A DNA stretch of 64,000 bases from Macrostomum lignano (Eukaryota). The stretch covers positions 496,001-560,000 of the forward strand of contig NIVC01000163.1 of assembly GCA_002269645.1 (NCBI GenBank), given 5' to 3'. Position numbers and translations under genes: made by a program. A model generated the notes under the pieces. It was not told where the DNA came from and made no database searches. It saw only the letters and a program-made list of their open reading frames with translations. The number at the start of each line of letters is the position of its first letter. Position 1 is the stretch's first letter. Shown here one piece after another: positions 50,455 to 64,000 of the stretch.

Positions 50455-52422
50455 GGGATCCCATGCTGATCCCAGATCCCATGCTGATCCCAGATCACAT
50501 GCTGATCCCAGATCCCATGCTGATCTCAGATCCCATGCTGATCTCAGATCCCATGCTGATCCCAGATCCCATGCTGGTTCCAGATCCCATGCTGGTTCCA
50601 GATCCCATGCTGGTTCCAGATCCCATGCTGGTTCCAGATCCCATGCTGGTTCCAGATCCCATGCTGGTTCCAGATCCCATGCTGGTTCCAGATCCCATGC
50701 TGGTCCCAGATCCCATGCTGATCCCAGATCCCATGCTGATCTCAGATCCCATGCTGACCCCAGATCCCATGCTGACCCCAGATCCCATGCTGACCCCAGA
50801 TCCCATGCTGATCCCAGATCCCATGCTGATCCCAGATCCCATGCTGATCTCAGATCCCATGCTGGTTCCAGATCCCATGCTGGTTCCAGATCCCATGCTG
50901 GTTCCAGATCCCATGCTGGTTCCAGATCCCATGCTGGTTCCAGATCCCATGCTGGTTCCAGATCCCATGCTGGTTCCAGATCCCATGCTGGTTCCAGATC
51001 CCATGCTGGTTCCAGATCCCATGCTGATCTCAGATCTCAGATCCCATGCTGACCCCAGATCCCATGCTGACCCCAGATCCCATGCTGACCCCAGATCCCA
51101 TGCTGATCCCAGATCCATGCTGATCCCAGATCCCATGCTGATCTCAGATCCCATGCTGATCCCAGATCCCATGCTGGTTCCAGATCCCATGCTGGTTCCA
51201 GATCCCATGCTGGTCGCAGATCCCATGCTGATCTCAGATCCCATGCTGATCTCAGATCCCATGCTGATCCCAGATCCCATGCTGATCCCAGATCCCATGC
51301 TGATCCCAGATCCATGCTGATCTCAGATCCCATGCTGATCTCAGATCCCATGCTGATCTCAGATCCCATGCTGATCCCAGATCCCATGCTGATCTCAGAT
51401 CCCATGCTGACCCCAGATCCCATGCTGACCCCAGATCCCATGCTGACCCCAGATCCCATGCTGATCCCAGATCCCATGCTGATCCCAGATCCCATGCTGA
51501 TCTCAGATCCCATGCTGGTTCCAGATCCCATGCTGGTTCCAGATCCCATGCTGGTTCCAGATCCCATGCTGGTTCCAGATCCCATGCTGGTTCCAGATCC
51601 CATGCTGGTTCCAGATCCCATGCTGGTTCCAGATCCCATGCTGGTTCCAGATCCCATGCTGATCTCAGATCTCAGATCCCATGCTGACCCCAGATCCCAT
51701 GCTGACCCCAGATCCCATACTGACCCCAGATCCCATGCTGATCCCAGATCCCATGCTGATCCCAGATCCCATGCTGATCTCAGATCCCATGCTGATCCCA
51801 GATCCCATGCTGGTTCCAGATCCCATGCTGGTTCCAGATCCCATGCTGGTCCCAGATCCCATGCTGATCTCAGATCCCATGCTGATTTCAGATCCCATGC
51901 TGATCCCAGATCCCATGCTGACCCCAGATCCCATGCTGATCCCAGATCCCATGCTGATCTCAGATCCCATGCTGATCTCAGATCCCATGCTGATCTCAGA
52001 TCCCATGCTGATCCCAGATCCCATGCTGATCCCAGATCCCATGCTGATCCCAGATCCCATGCTGATCCCAGATCCCATGCTGGTTCCAGATCCCATGCTG
52101 GTTCCAGATCCCATGCTGGTTCCAGATCCCATGCTGGTTCCAGATCCCATGCTGGTCCCAGATCCCATGCTGATCCAGATCCCATGCTGATCTCAGATCC
52201 CATGCTGACCCCAGATCCCATGCTGACCCAGATCCCATGCTGATCCCAGATCCCATGCTGATCCCAGATCCCATGCTGATCTCAGATCCCATGCTGGTTC
52301 CAGATCCCATGCTGATCCCCATGCTGACCCCAGATCCCATGCTGACCCCAGATCCCATGCTGACCCCATGCTGATCCCAGATCCCATGCTGACCCCAGAT
52401 CCCATGCTGATCCCATGCTGAT
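50455..52422. repeat. 18-bp minisatellite
   Basis: GATCCCATGCTG[ATCC/GTTC/ACCC]CA. Confidence 0.97.
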
Positions 52423-52429
52423 CAGATGC

Positions 52430-52720
52430 TCCCCACCAGCCTCGCCTCCACGCCTTCCTCGCCTATAGCAGCGCCCAAGCGTTCTCAATCGGGTTTAGGT
52501 CGGGCCACCGGGCCGTCCAGTCTTGGACATTCGCGAGTTCGAAAGCCACTGCTTGGCCTCGGCGACCAGCACTGTCCGGGAAGACGGCCTCGCTCTGGCC
52601 GGCCGAGTGGATGCCAGCCCAGGGCCGCACTGAGGGGAACTGGCTGGCGTCACTGCGGCGCCGCTCCTGCTGCACGCCCCAGCTCGCGACCTGCTTCTGA
52701 ATTGGGGCAGCATGCAAGTG
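52430..52720 (-). pseudogene. Tc1/mariner transposase relic
   Basis: AKQWL [frameshift] ANVQDWTARWPDLNPIENAWALL* matches the Tc1 WPxxSPDLNPIENxW motif. No TIRs or remainder of the ORF were seen. Confidence 0.72.
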
Positions 52721-52819
52721 GAGCCCTTTGCAAATCAGTGCGCCTGTCGACCCACAGTCAGCCTTCTGTTAGGCTTAACCCTAACCCACCCCTAATCAGT
52801 TGGCAAAAGCATATGCACC

Positions 52820-55002
52820 ACCTGCAGTAGCTTTGGCGCCCCCTGCAGTAGCTTTGGCGCCCCCTGCAGTAGCTTTGGCGCCACCTGCAGTAGCTTTGGC
52901 GCCCCCTGCAGTAGCTTTGGCGCCCCCTGCAGTAGCTTTGGCGCCCCCTGCAGTAGCTTTGGCGCCCCCTGCAGTAGCTTTGGCGCCCCCTGCAGTAGCT
53001 TTGGCGCCCCCTGAAGTAGCTTTGGCGCCCCCTGCAGTAGCTTTGGCGCCCCCTGCAGTAGCTTTGGCGCCACCTGCAGTAGCTTTGGCGCCCCCTGCAG
53101 TAGCTTTTGCACCCCCTGCAGTAGCTTTGGCACCCCCTGCAGTAGCTTTGGCACCCCCTGCAGTAGCTTTTGCACCCCCTGCAGTAGCTTTGGCACCCCC
53201 TGCAGTAGCTTTGGCACCCCTGCAGTAGCTTTGGCGCCCCTGCAGTAGCTTTGGCGCCACCTGCAGTAGCTTTGGCACCACCTGCAGTAGCTTTGGCGCC
53301 CCCTGCAGTAGCTTTGGCACCCCCTGCAGTAGCTTTGGCACCCCCTGCAGTAGCTTTGGCGCCACCTGCAGTAGCTTTGGCGCCACCTGCAGTAGCTTTG
53401 GCACCACCTGCAGTAGCTTTGGCGCCCCCTGCAGTAGCTTTGGCGCCACCTGCAGTAGCTTTGGCACCCCCTGCAGTAGCTTTGGCACCCCCTGCAGTAT
53501 TTGGCGCCTTTGGCACCCCCTGCAGTATTTGGCGCCTTTGGCACCCCCTGCAGTATTTGGCGCCTTTGGCACCCCCTGCAGTAGCTTTTGCACCCCCTGC
53601 AGTAGCTTTGGCACCCCCTGCAGTAGCTTTGGCACCCCCTGCAGTAGCTTTGGCGCCCCCTGCAGTAGCTTTGGCGCCACCTGCAGTAGCTTTGGCACCA
53701 CCTGCAGTAGCTTTGGCGCCCCCTGCAGTAGCTTTGGCACCCCCTGCAGTAGCTTTGGCACCCCCTGCAGTAGCTTTAGCGCCACCTGCAGTAGCTTTGG
53801 CACCCCCTGCAGTAGCTTTGGCGCCACCTGCAGTAGCTTTGGCGCCACCTGCAGTAGCTTTGGCACCACCTGCAGTAGCTTTGGCGCCCCCTGCAGTAGC
53901 TTTGGCGCCACCTGCAGTAGCTTTGGCACCCCCTGCAGTAGCTTTGGCACCCCCTGCAGTATTTGGCGCCTTTGGCACCCCCTGCAGTATTTGGCGCCTT
54001 TGGCACCCCCTGCAGTAGCTTTTGCACCCCCTGCAGTAGCTTTGGCACCCCCTGCAGTAGCTTTGGCACCCCCTGCAGTAGCTTTGGCGCCCCTGCAGTA
54101 GCTTTGGCGCCACCTGCAGTAGCTTTGGCACCACCTGCAGTAGCTTTGGCGCCCCCTGCAGTAGCTTTGGCACCCCCTGCAGTAGCTTTGGCACCACCTG
54201 CAGTAGCTTTGGCGCCCCCTGCAGTAGCTTTGGCGCCACCTGCAGTAGCTTTGGCACCCCCTGCAGTAGCATTGGCACCGCTGCAGTATTTGGCGCCTTT
54301 GGCACCCCTGCAGTATTTGGCGCCTTTGGCACCCCCTGCAGTATTTGGCGCCTTTGGCACCCCCTGCAGTATTTGGCGCCTTTGGCACCCCTTGCAGTAG
54401 CTTTGGCGCCCCTGCAGTATTTGGCGCCTTTGGCACCCCCTGCAGTATTTGGCGCCTTTGGCACCCCCTGCAGTATTTGGCGCCTTTGGCACCCCCTGCA
54501 GTAGCTTTGGCGCCCCCTGCAGTATTTGGCGCCTTTGGCACCCCCTGCAGTATTTGGCGCCTTTGGCACCCCCTGCAGTAGCTTTGGCGCCCCCTGCAGT
54601 ATTTGGCGCCTTTGGCACCCCCTGCAGTATTTGGCGCCTTTGGCACCCCCTGCAGTATTTGGCGCCTTTGGCACCCCTGCAGTATTTGGCGCCTTTGGCA
54701 CCCCTGCAGTATTTGACGCCTTTGGCACCCCCTGCAGTATTTGGCGCCTTTGGCACCCCCTGCAGTATTTGGCGCCTTTGGCACCCCCTGCAGTATTTGG
54801 CGCCTTTGGCACCCCTGCAGTAGCTTTGGCGCCCCCTGCAGTAGCTTTGGCGCCCCCTGCAGTAGCTTTGGCGCCACCTACAGTAGCTTTGGCGCCACCT
54901 ACAGTAGCTTTGGCGCCACCTGCAGTAGCTTTGGCACCACCTGCAGTAGCTTTGGCGCCCCTGCAGTAGCTTTGGCGCCACCTGCAGTAGCTTTGGCACC
55001 CC
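52820..55002. repeat. 21-bp (and 30-bp variant) minisatellite
   Basis: CTGCAGTAGCTTTGGC[G/A]CC[C/A]C; variant CTGCAGTATTTGGCGCCTTTGGCACCCC. Confidence 0.97.
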
Positions 55003-55009
55003 CTTGCAG

Positions 55010-55175
55010 TCCGCCGATCAGGACGAAAATCGACGACTTTAACAAGCAGAGCGACGAGTTCGGCGATTTGGTGGTGACAAATTTTAAAGATCATTACCAC
55101 AATCCGACTTATAAGAACCTGCATGGGATTCGATGGGCATTGGAACACTGCTCGGGAGTTCCGTTTGTGCTCAGT
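55010..55175 (+). pseudogene. Orphan exon of a beta-1,3-glycosyltransferase (GT31/Galactosyl_T)
   Basis: QSDEFGDLVVTNFKDHYHNPTYKNLHGIRWALEHCSGVPFVL matches the GT31 pattern E...GD.....F.D.Y.NLT.K....W....C...F. It is bounded by TTGCAG| and |GTAATG. The DxD exon and all other exons are absent nearby. Confidence 0.7.
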
Positions 55176-55242
55176 GTAATGATTCTGCTTAGCCTGCTTT
55201 TTGATCTAACTCTTCCGCCTCATTCTCACCTTAGTCCTCACC

Positions 55243-55562
<320 letters not shown>

Positions 55563-55908
55563 GGATAGGTTGTATGTTACAATGCAGAGCTTCTGTCACG
55601 TGCTAGTCAATAATTTTCCGCAGTTGCAGAAGTCTCCAGTTTCAAGTTTTATAATATTTCAGTCCATTTTACAACACCACAAGAAGGCACTTGCTAGTTT
55701 TGTTTAGTTTTCTCACGACCGAAATCTTCCAGACAGACACTGATCTGCTTTCCAGTTTCCGCATAGACGGCTCAGAATTTTGAACTGAATTCCGGACGAA
55801 CAGAAACTTATAAAAGTCGACTCGCGAATCAATGAAGGGGCATTTGTGTTTTACTGCGTCATTTCTTTTTAGTCGTTTGATTGAAGATCTGCCAGTGCCA
55901 CTGCAGAC

Positions 55909-57645
<1,737 letters not shown>

Positions 57646-57929
57646 AATTTTAAATCGAGTACATCTACGAGTATTTACGATGCAAAAACAACTTCTACTC
57701 GAAATATTATACGGTCGTACATTAAGTGTAAAATGGAGTCATTTGCATGAAGTCTGCTTAGGAATAAGTAACAATAGTACGTACATGTACTTGGTTTCTC
57801 GTCTAAAATCAAATTCAATCTAAGTTGCACCTTCTATAAATATACAGCAACATGTTGAAGTAGGTATCTGTTTTGAGAATTGTTTGTTAAGACAGAATTT
57901 ACTGTTTGTTACAATTGGGACACACGGAG

Positions 57930-59222
57930 AGAGAGGGAGCGGAGAGGAGGCAGTGGAGGGGAGGGAGCGGAGAGGAGGCAGCGGAGAGGAGGGAGCGGAG
58001 GGGAGGGAGCGGAGGGGAGGGAGCGGAGAGGAGGGAGCGGAGGGGAGGGAGCGGAGAGGAGGGAGCGGAGAGGAGGCAGCGGAGGGGAGGGAGCGGAGGG
58101 GAGGGAGCGGAGGGGAGGGAGCGGAGGGAGGGAGCGGAGAGGAGGGAGCGAGAGGAGGGCAGCGGAGAAGAGGGCAGCGGAGGGGAGGGAGCGGAGAGGA
58201 GGCAGCGGAGGGGAGGGAGCGGAGAGGAGGGAGCGGAGGGGAGGCAGCGGAGGGGAGGGAGCGGAGAGGAGGCAGCGGAGGGGAGGGAGCGGAGAGGAGG
58301 GAGCGGAGAGGAGGGAGCGGAGGGGAGGGAGTGGAGGGGAGGGAGCGGAGAGGAGGCAGCGGAGAGGAGGGAGCGGAGGGGAGGGAGCGGAGAGGAGGCA
58401 GCGGAGGGGAGGGAGCGGAGGGGAGGGAGCGGAGAGGAGGCAGCGGAGAGGAGGCAGCGGAGGGGAGGGAGCGGAGGGGAGGGAGCGGAGAGGAGGGAGC
58501 GGAGAAGAGGGCAGCGGAGGGGAGCGGAGAGGAGGGAGCGGAGAGGAGGGAGCGGAGGGGGCAGCGGAGGGGAGGCAGCGGAGGGGAAGGAGCGGAGAGG
58601 AGGCAGTGGAGGGGAGGGAGCGGAGAGGAGGGAGCGGAGAAGAGGGCAGCGGAGAGGAGGCAGCGGAGGGGAGGGAGCGGAGGGGAGGCAGCGGAGGGGA
58701 AGGAGCGGGGAGGAGGCAGCGGAGAGGAGGCAGCGGAGGGGAGGGAGCGAGAAGAGGGCAGCGGAGAAGAGGGCAGCGGAGAGGAGGCAGCGGAGGGGAG
58801 GGAGCGGAGGGGAGGCAGCGGAGGGGAGGCAGCGGAGGGGAGGGAGTGGAGAGGAGGCAGCGGAGAGGAGGGAGCGGAGGGGAGGGAGCGGAGAGGAGGG
58901 AGCGGAGAAGAGGGCAGCGGAGAGGAGGCAGCGGAGGGGAGGGAGCGGAGGGGAGGCAGCGGAGGGGAAGGAGCGGAGAGGAGGCAGCGGAGAGGAGAGG
59001 AAGGAGCAGAGGGGAGGGAGCGGAGAGGAGGGAGCGGAGAAGAGGGCAGCGGAGAGGAGGCAGCGGAGGGGAGGGAGCGGAGGGGAGGCAGCGGAGGGGA
59101 GGGAGCGGAGAGGAGGCAGCGGAGAGGAGGGAGCGGAGGGGAGGGAGCGGAGAGGAGGGAGCGGAGGGGAGGGAGCGGAGGGGAGGCAGTGGAGAGGAGG
59201 GAGCGGAGAGGAAGGAGCGAGA
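57930..59222. repeat. 15-bp G-rich minisatellite
   Basis: GCGGAG[A/G]GGAGG[G/C]A. Confidence 0.95.
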
Positions 59223-59464
59223 GGGAAACCAGGAAACCAGAAGAGAAGTGCAATAGTTTATCTCACGTCACTGAATGAACGAAGTCAAGGTGCAAATTAA
59301 ACCAAAACATTGCCAAAACAAAACCATTGAATTATTATATTTGGTTCGGGAAGCTGAGGATCAAATACTTCAAACTAATTATAATAGAACAGTTGAGTCA
59401 GACTTCTGGAGCATTAAGAAAGTTTATTTTGTGAGCTCAAAGTAAAGGTACCTGATTGATGACA

Positions 59465-61172
59465 TCTGTCTTGTGAAGCTGACACCTGCCTGTAAGACAT
59501 GACACCCAGACTCTAGAAATGGTATCCAGCCTCATGTACTAAAAATAACACTCAGATACTAAAATTGGCACCCAGTTACACAAAAGGCACCTAGATACTA
59601 AAAATGGCACCCAATTTCTAAAAATGGCACCCAATTGATAAAAATGGTACCCAATTGCTAAAATGGCACCCAATTGCTAAAAATGGCACCCAATTGCTAA
59701 AAATGGCACCCAATTGCTAAAATGGCACCCAATTGCTAAAAATGGCACCCAATTTCTAAAAATAGCACCCAATTGCTAAAAATGGCACTCAATTGCTAAA
59801 ATGGCACCCAATTGTTAAAAATGGCACCCAATTTCTAAAAATGGCACCCAATTGCTAAAAATGGCACCCAATTGCGAAAAATGGCACCCAGATACTAAAA
59901 ATGGCACCCAGATACTCAAAATGGCACCCAGATACTTCAAATGGCACCCAGATACTTCAAATGACACCCAATTGCTAAAAATGGCACCCAGATATTTCAA
60001 ATGGCACCCAGATACTTCAAATGGCACCCAGATACTAAAAATGACACCCAATTGCTAAAAATGGCACCCAGATATTTCAAATGGCACCCAGATACTTCAA
60101 ATGGCACCCAGATACTAAAAATGACACCCAATTGCTAAAAATGGCACCCAGATATTTCAAATGGCACCCAGATACTAAAAATGACGCAATTGCTCAAAAC
60201 GGCACCCTTAACCGACACGCAATGCCACCAGCAATTAGTAAAGAGTTGCTCAGCGCATGCTCTACAATAGAATCTCCAGCTCCACAGGATACACAGGATA
60301 CACCAGCTCCACAAGACTTCTGTCTTGTGAAGCTGACACCTGCCTGTAAGACATGACACCCAGACTCTAGAAATGGTATCCAGTCTCATGTACTAAAAAT
60401 AACACTCAGATACTAAAATTGGCACCCAGTTACACAAAAGGCACCTAGATACTAAAAATGGCACCCAATTGATAAAAATGGTACCCAATTGCTAAAATGG
60501 CACCCAATTGCTAAAAATGGCACCCAATTGCTAAAAATGGCACCCAATTGCTAAAATGGCACCCAATTGCTAAAAATGGCACCCAATTTCTAAAAATAGC
60601 ACCCAATTGCTAAAAATGGCACCCAATTGCTAAAAATGGCACCCAATTTCTAAAAATAGCACCCAATTGCTAAAAATGGCACCCAATTGCTAAAAATGGC
60701 ACCCAATTGCTAAAAATGGCACCCAGATACTCAAATACTCAAAATGGCACCCAGATACTAAAAATGGCACCCAGATACTCAAAATGGCACCCAGATGCTA
60801 AAAATGACACGCAATTGCTAAAAATGGCACCCAATTGCTAAAAATGGCACCCAGATACTTCAAATGGCACCCAGATACTTCAAATGGCACCCAGATACTT
60901 CAAATGGCACCCAGATACTTCAAATGACACCCAATTGCTAAAAATGGCACCCAGATATTTCAAATGGCACCCAGATACTTCAAATGGCACCCAGATACTA
61001 AAAATGACACCCAATTGCTAAAAATGGCACCCAGATATTTCAAATGGCACCCAGATACTAAAAATGACGCAATTGCTCAAAACGGCACCCTTAACCGACA
61101 CGCAATGCCACCAGCAATTAGTAAAGAGTTGCTCAGCGCATGCTTTACAATAGAATCTCCAGCTCCACAGGA
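59465..61172. repeat. ~855-bp tandem duplication containing a 20/21-bp satellite
   Basis: The unique block TCTGTCTTGTGAAGCTGACACC...GGCACCTAGATAC occurs at ~59466 and ~60320. Satellite unit AAAATGGCACCCAATTGCTA. Confidence 0.9.
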
Positions 61173-63125
61173 TAATGATCGCTAATTTGAGCAGCTTGAT
61201 CTGTGCTCAAACCGAACTCCGTATCGAAGCGGAACACCCTGGCACCGGGCATGAGTTGGTAGGCCGAGTGCGTGACGATCAGCCGGTCGTAGGCGCAGTC
61301 CGTCGACTTCACAGTCGTGTCCACGCCGTCGCCGATCAGCCAGAGAAAGTCGGGATCGAGCCGCAGCGGCAGGGCGGCCATCTCGCCGCGGTTCACGTAG
61401 CGACAGTCGGCGTTCAGGTCGCCGGCAATCAGGAGGTTCTCGCGACGTCTGGGACGCAGCATGTCGTGCAGGGCGTTGAGCTCTTCAACCGAGGCGTCTG
61501 GCTCGGTGTGCAGACAAATCACCGTGAGTACAGTGGTCGAGGATGAGCACCGACCGGCCGGTCTCAACGCCAGTCGAACTTCGTACGGTTCGCGCTGGAA
61601 TCGGTCGCCGGAATCTGCCACTGTCCGTTCGGACAGAACTTCGGCCACGGATTCTCGGTAGAGAACGGCGTATTGCTCTTTGCTCACCTGGCGTGATTGA
61701 GGGTGGCGTTAATTTGATAATAGCAAGTCTTTGTAGCTACCTGTCTGTCTTTCTAGCTACCTGTCTGTGATCTCGAGTCTTTGTAGATACCTGTGATCAA
61801 GTATTTGTAGCTACTGGTCTGTGATTAAGTCTTTGCAGCTGCCTGTCTGTGATCGAGTCTTTGTAGCCACCTCTTTGTGATAAAGTTTTTTTAGCTACTG
61901 GTCTGTGATCAAGTCTTTGTAGCTACTGGTCTGTAATTAAGTCTTTGTAGCTACTGGTCTGTGATCAAGTCTTTGTAGCTTCTGGTCTGAATTAAGTCTT
62001 TGTAGCTACTGGTCTGTGATCAAGTCTTTGTAGCTACTGGTCTGTAATTAAGTCTTTGTAGCTACTGGTCTGTGATCAAGTCTTTGTAGCTTCTGGTCTG
62101 AATTAAGTCTTTGTAGCTACTGGTCTGTGATCAAGTCTTTGTATCTGCCTGTTTGTGATCAAGTCTTTGTATCTGCCTGTCTGTGAACAAGTCTTTGTAG
62201 CTACTGGTCCGTGATCAAGTCTTTGTATCTGCCAGTATGTGATCTAAGTCTTTGTAGCTACTGGTCTGTGATCAAGTCTTTATAGCCACCTGTCTGTGAT
62301 CAAGACTTTGTAGTTATATCTGTTACTAGTCTTTGTACATGTAGCTACAGCTGATGCATATTCGAATAATAACTATTCAATCTCTCCAGCTAAATCTGAC
62401 AATCCATGAAAGCAGTTTCTCTCACCGTGCGGCCCGTTCTGACGCTGATGACGTAGCTGAACGGGTCTCTTCGCTCATCCCGATTCGCCCGTTCAACCAG
62501 CTTTCTAAAAGCTTCGCCACTGAAAAAAGCAGAAAAAAATTAACGTGCGAGCGTGCGTAACTTTGGTCGCAATCAACGCCTCTAGACACGGGACTCCAGT
62601 CCAGTTTAGCCGCCAAGGACCACCTTGCTTCAGATGCGAGAATTCAAAGAACGGGACGAGCAGCAGCTCAGCTAAGCAGCCACACGACCCCGACATTTTT
62701 CAAGCTACGTGAGAAATTTTAAAATTCAAATCTTCGTTCTTCTACTTTTCTCAGTAGTCTAAATTGAATCCGTCACACATTTTTCATCGAAATTTGGACT
62801 TCAACTAAAATTGTTTTGTTTTATGCCTTCTTAACCCGGGCCCCCGGTAATATTGTAACTAGTATCTGAATAACAGAAACCTCTTATCGCGAATCTCCAT
62901 GACAACCAAAATATCGTAGCGATTCAGAATCCTAGCCAGATTGTTCATCACGAATGCGTCGCGCGCTTTCTTCCGGCCGAATATCTGGATGTTGAACGAT
63001 CCGAAACGAATCGGCTGCCGCCTACTACTGGAATGCCTGGAAGCAGTGGCTGTTCCGGGAATGCAGTCGAGACTGACGGCAGCTGACAGCGCGAAGATCG
63101 CTAGGATCAGAGTTGCGGGCTTCAT
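61145..63125 (-). CDS. DNASE1: Deoxyribonuclease I family, secreted (~293 aa)
   Basis: Exons 63125-62881 (signal peptide MKPATLILAIFALSAAVS; FGSFNIQIFG; MEIRD), 62519-62426 and 61687-61145 (KEQYAVLYR, FQREP, LHTEPD, GDLNADC, WLIGDGVDTTV, CAYDRLIV, ISDHYPVE). The catalytic E/H/D/D/H residues are all present. A probable 5'UTR intron lies at 63183-63726. Confidence 0.96.
61730..62330. repeat. 28-bp minisatellite (DNase I intron)
   Basis: GTAGCTACTGGTCTGTGATCAAGTCTTT. Confidence 0.9.
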
Positions 63126-63284
63126 CTGAGACCGACACGATTGGAGACTGTTGGGGTCGAGTGAGAGGAACTCTGTCAGTATCTGCATGCGCGTGAGTGT
63201 CAGACTAGGGTCATCGGCTGCGTCAGATTATTTTATGTCAGAACAGAGTCAGAATAGCGTCATGTCTGTGTCAGAATTTGGTCA

Positions 63285-63605
63285 TATCTGTGTCAGAATG
63301 GGGTCAGATCTGTGTCAGAATGGGGTCAGATCTGTGTCAGAATGGGGTCAGATCTGTGTCAGAATGGGGTCAGATCTGTGTCAGAATAGGGTCAGATCTG
63401 TGTCAGAATGGGGTCAGATCTGTGTCAGAATAGGGTCACATTTGTGTCAGACCAGGGTCATCTCTGTGTCAGAACAGGGTCATAACTGTGTCAGACCAGG
63501 GTCATCTCTGTGTCAGAACAGGGTCATAACTGTGTCAGACCAGGGTCATCTCTGTGTCAGAACAGGGTCATATCTGTGTCAGACCAGGGTCATATCTGTG
63601 TCAGA
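63285..63605. repeat. 22-bp minisatellite (DNase I 5' intron)
   Basis: GTGTCAGAATGGGGTCAGATCT. Confidence 0.92.
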
Positions 63606-64000
63606 CTGTTCTTCGAAACCTGTCAAAGGTTGTTTTACATGACAACATTCTTACAGTTAGAGAGTAAGACCCTTAGTACAGGGCCGCAATCGAAGACAGA
63701 GAACAATCCCACAAAAGTCAACTCACCAGAAAGCAGAGTTGCTTGAAGTTTCTTGCGGTTTAGTAGCAGCAAAAAAAGTAGCCAAGCAATTTATATGCAC
63801 AGGCACCCTCCAATCAGTAATGCTTGATCACGGCCCAGTGACTGAATGAGATTCTGATACCAAGCATCGCACTGCTCCACCGCCATTCGAACCGCTACGA
63901 CACGACTCGTTGTTAGCAGCACAATTTCCTATTTTATTCAACAGGAAGTCAGCCATTTATTTGCTCATCAAAATTGGCTGATTTTTATCCTGTCCAAAAG

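Noticed and set aside
50414-55148. Long ORFs of up to 796 aa (GGAKATA, DPMLIP and similar)
   Set aside because: Open in several frames on both strands because the stop-free unit length is a multiple of 3. These are tandem-repeat artefacts.
57820-59300. Gly/Glu/Arg-rich ORFs of ~460 aa
   Set aside because: Artefact of a 15-bp repeat, with no splice or domain support.

Overview
Eukaryotic (invertebrate metazoan) genomic DNA, not prokaryotic. The GC-rich exons with poly-Ala/Gln tracts and the minisatellite-filled introns resemble the free-living flatworm Macrostomum, but this is inference and unverified. Seven spliced genes could be rebuilt by hand with GT-AG introns and consistent phases. In order they are: a phospholipase D (minus, running off the left edge), IBA57 (+), an IRF-family transcription factor (+), a complete and divergent Slo/BK potassium channel (minus, about 1,000 aa), PCBD (+), a FABP/iLBP (+) and a DNase I (minus). 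Also present are a tRNA-derived SINE, a decayed LOA/Lian-type LINE fused to a fragment of a second (RTE-like) RT, a Tc1 relic, a MITE, an orphan GT31 galactosyltransferase exon and about 34 tandem arrays covering roughly 40% of the window (hand estimate). Most long ORFs in the supplied track are repeat artefacts. The most interesting observations are three. (i) The BK paralogue lacks the key S4 gating charges but keeps its pore and Ca bowl. (ii) The IRF is compact, has no IAD and has an altered recognition helix. (iii) Intronic minisatellites repeatedly carry, and appear amplified from, sense-strand splice signals.
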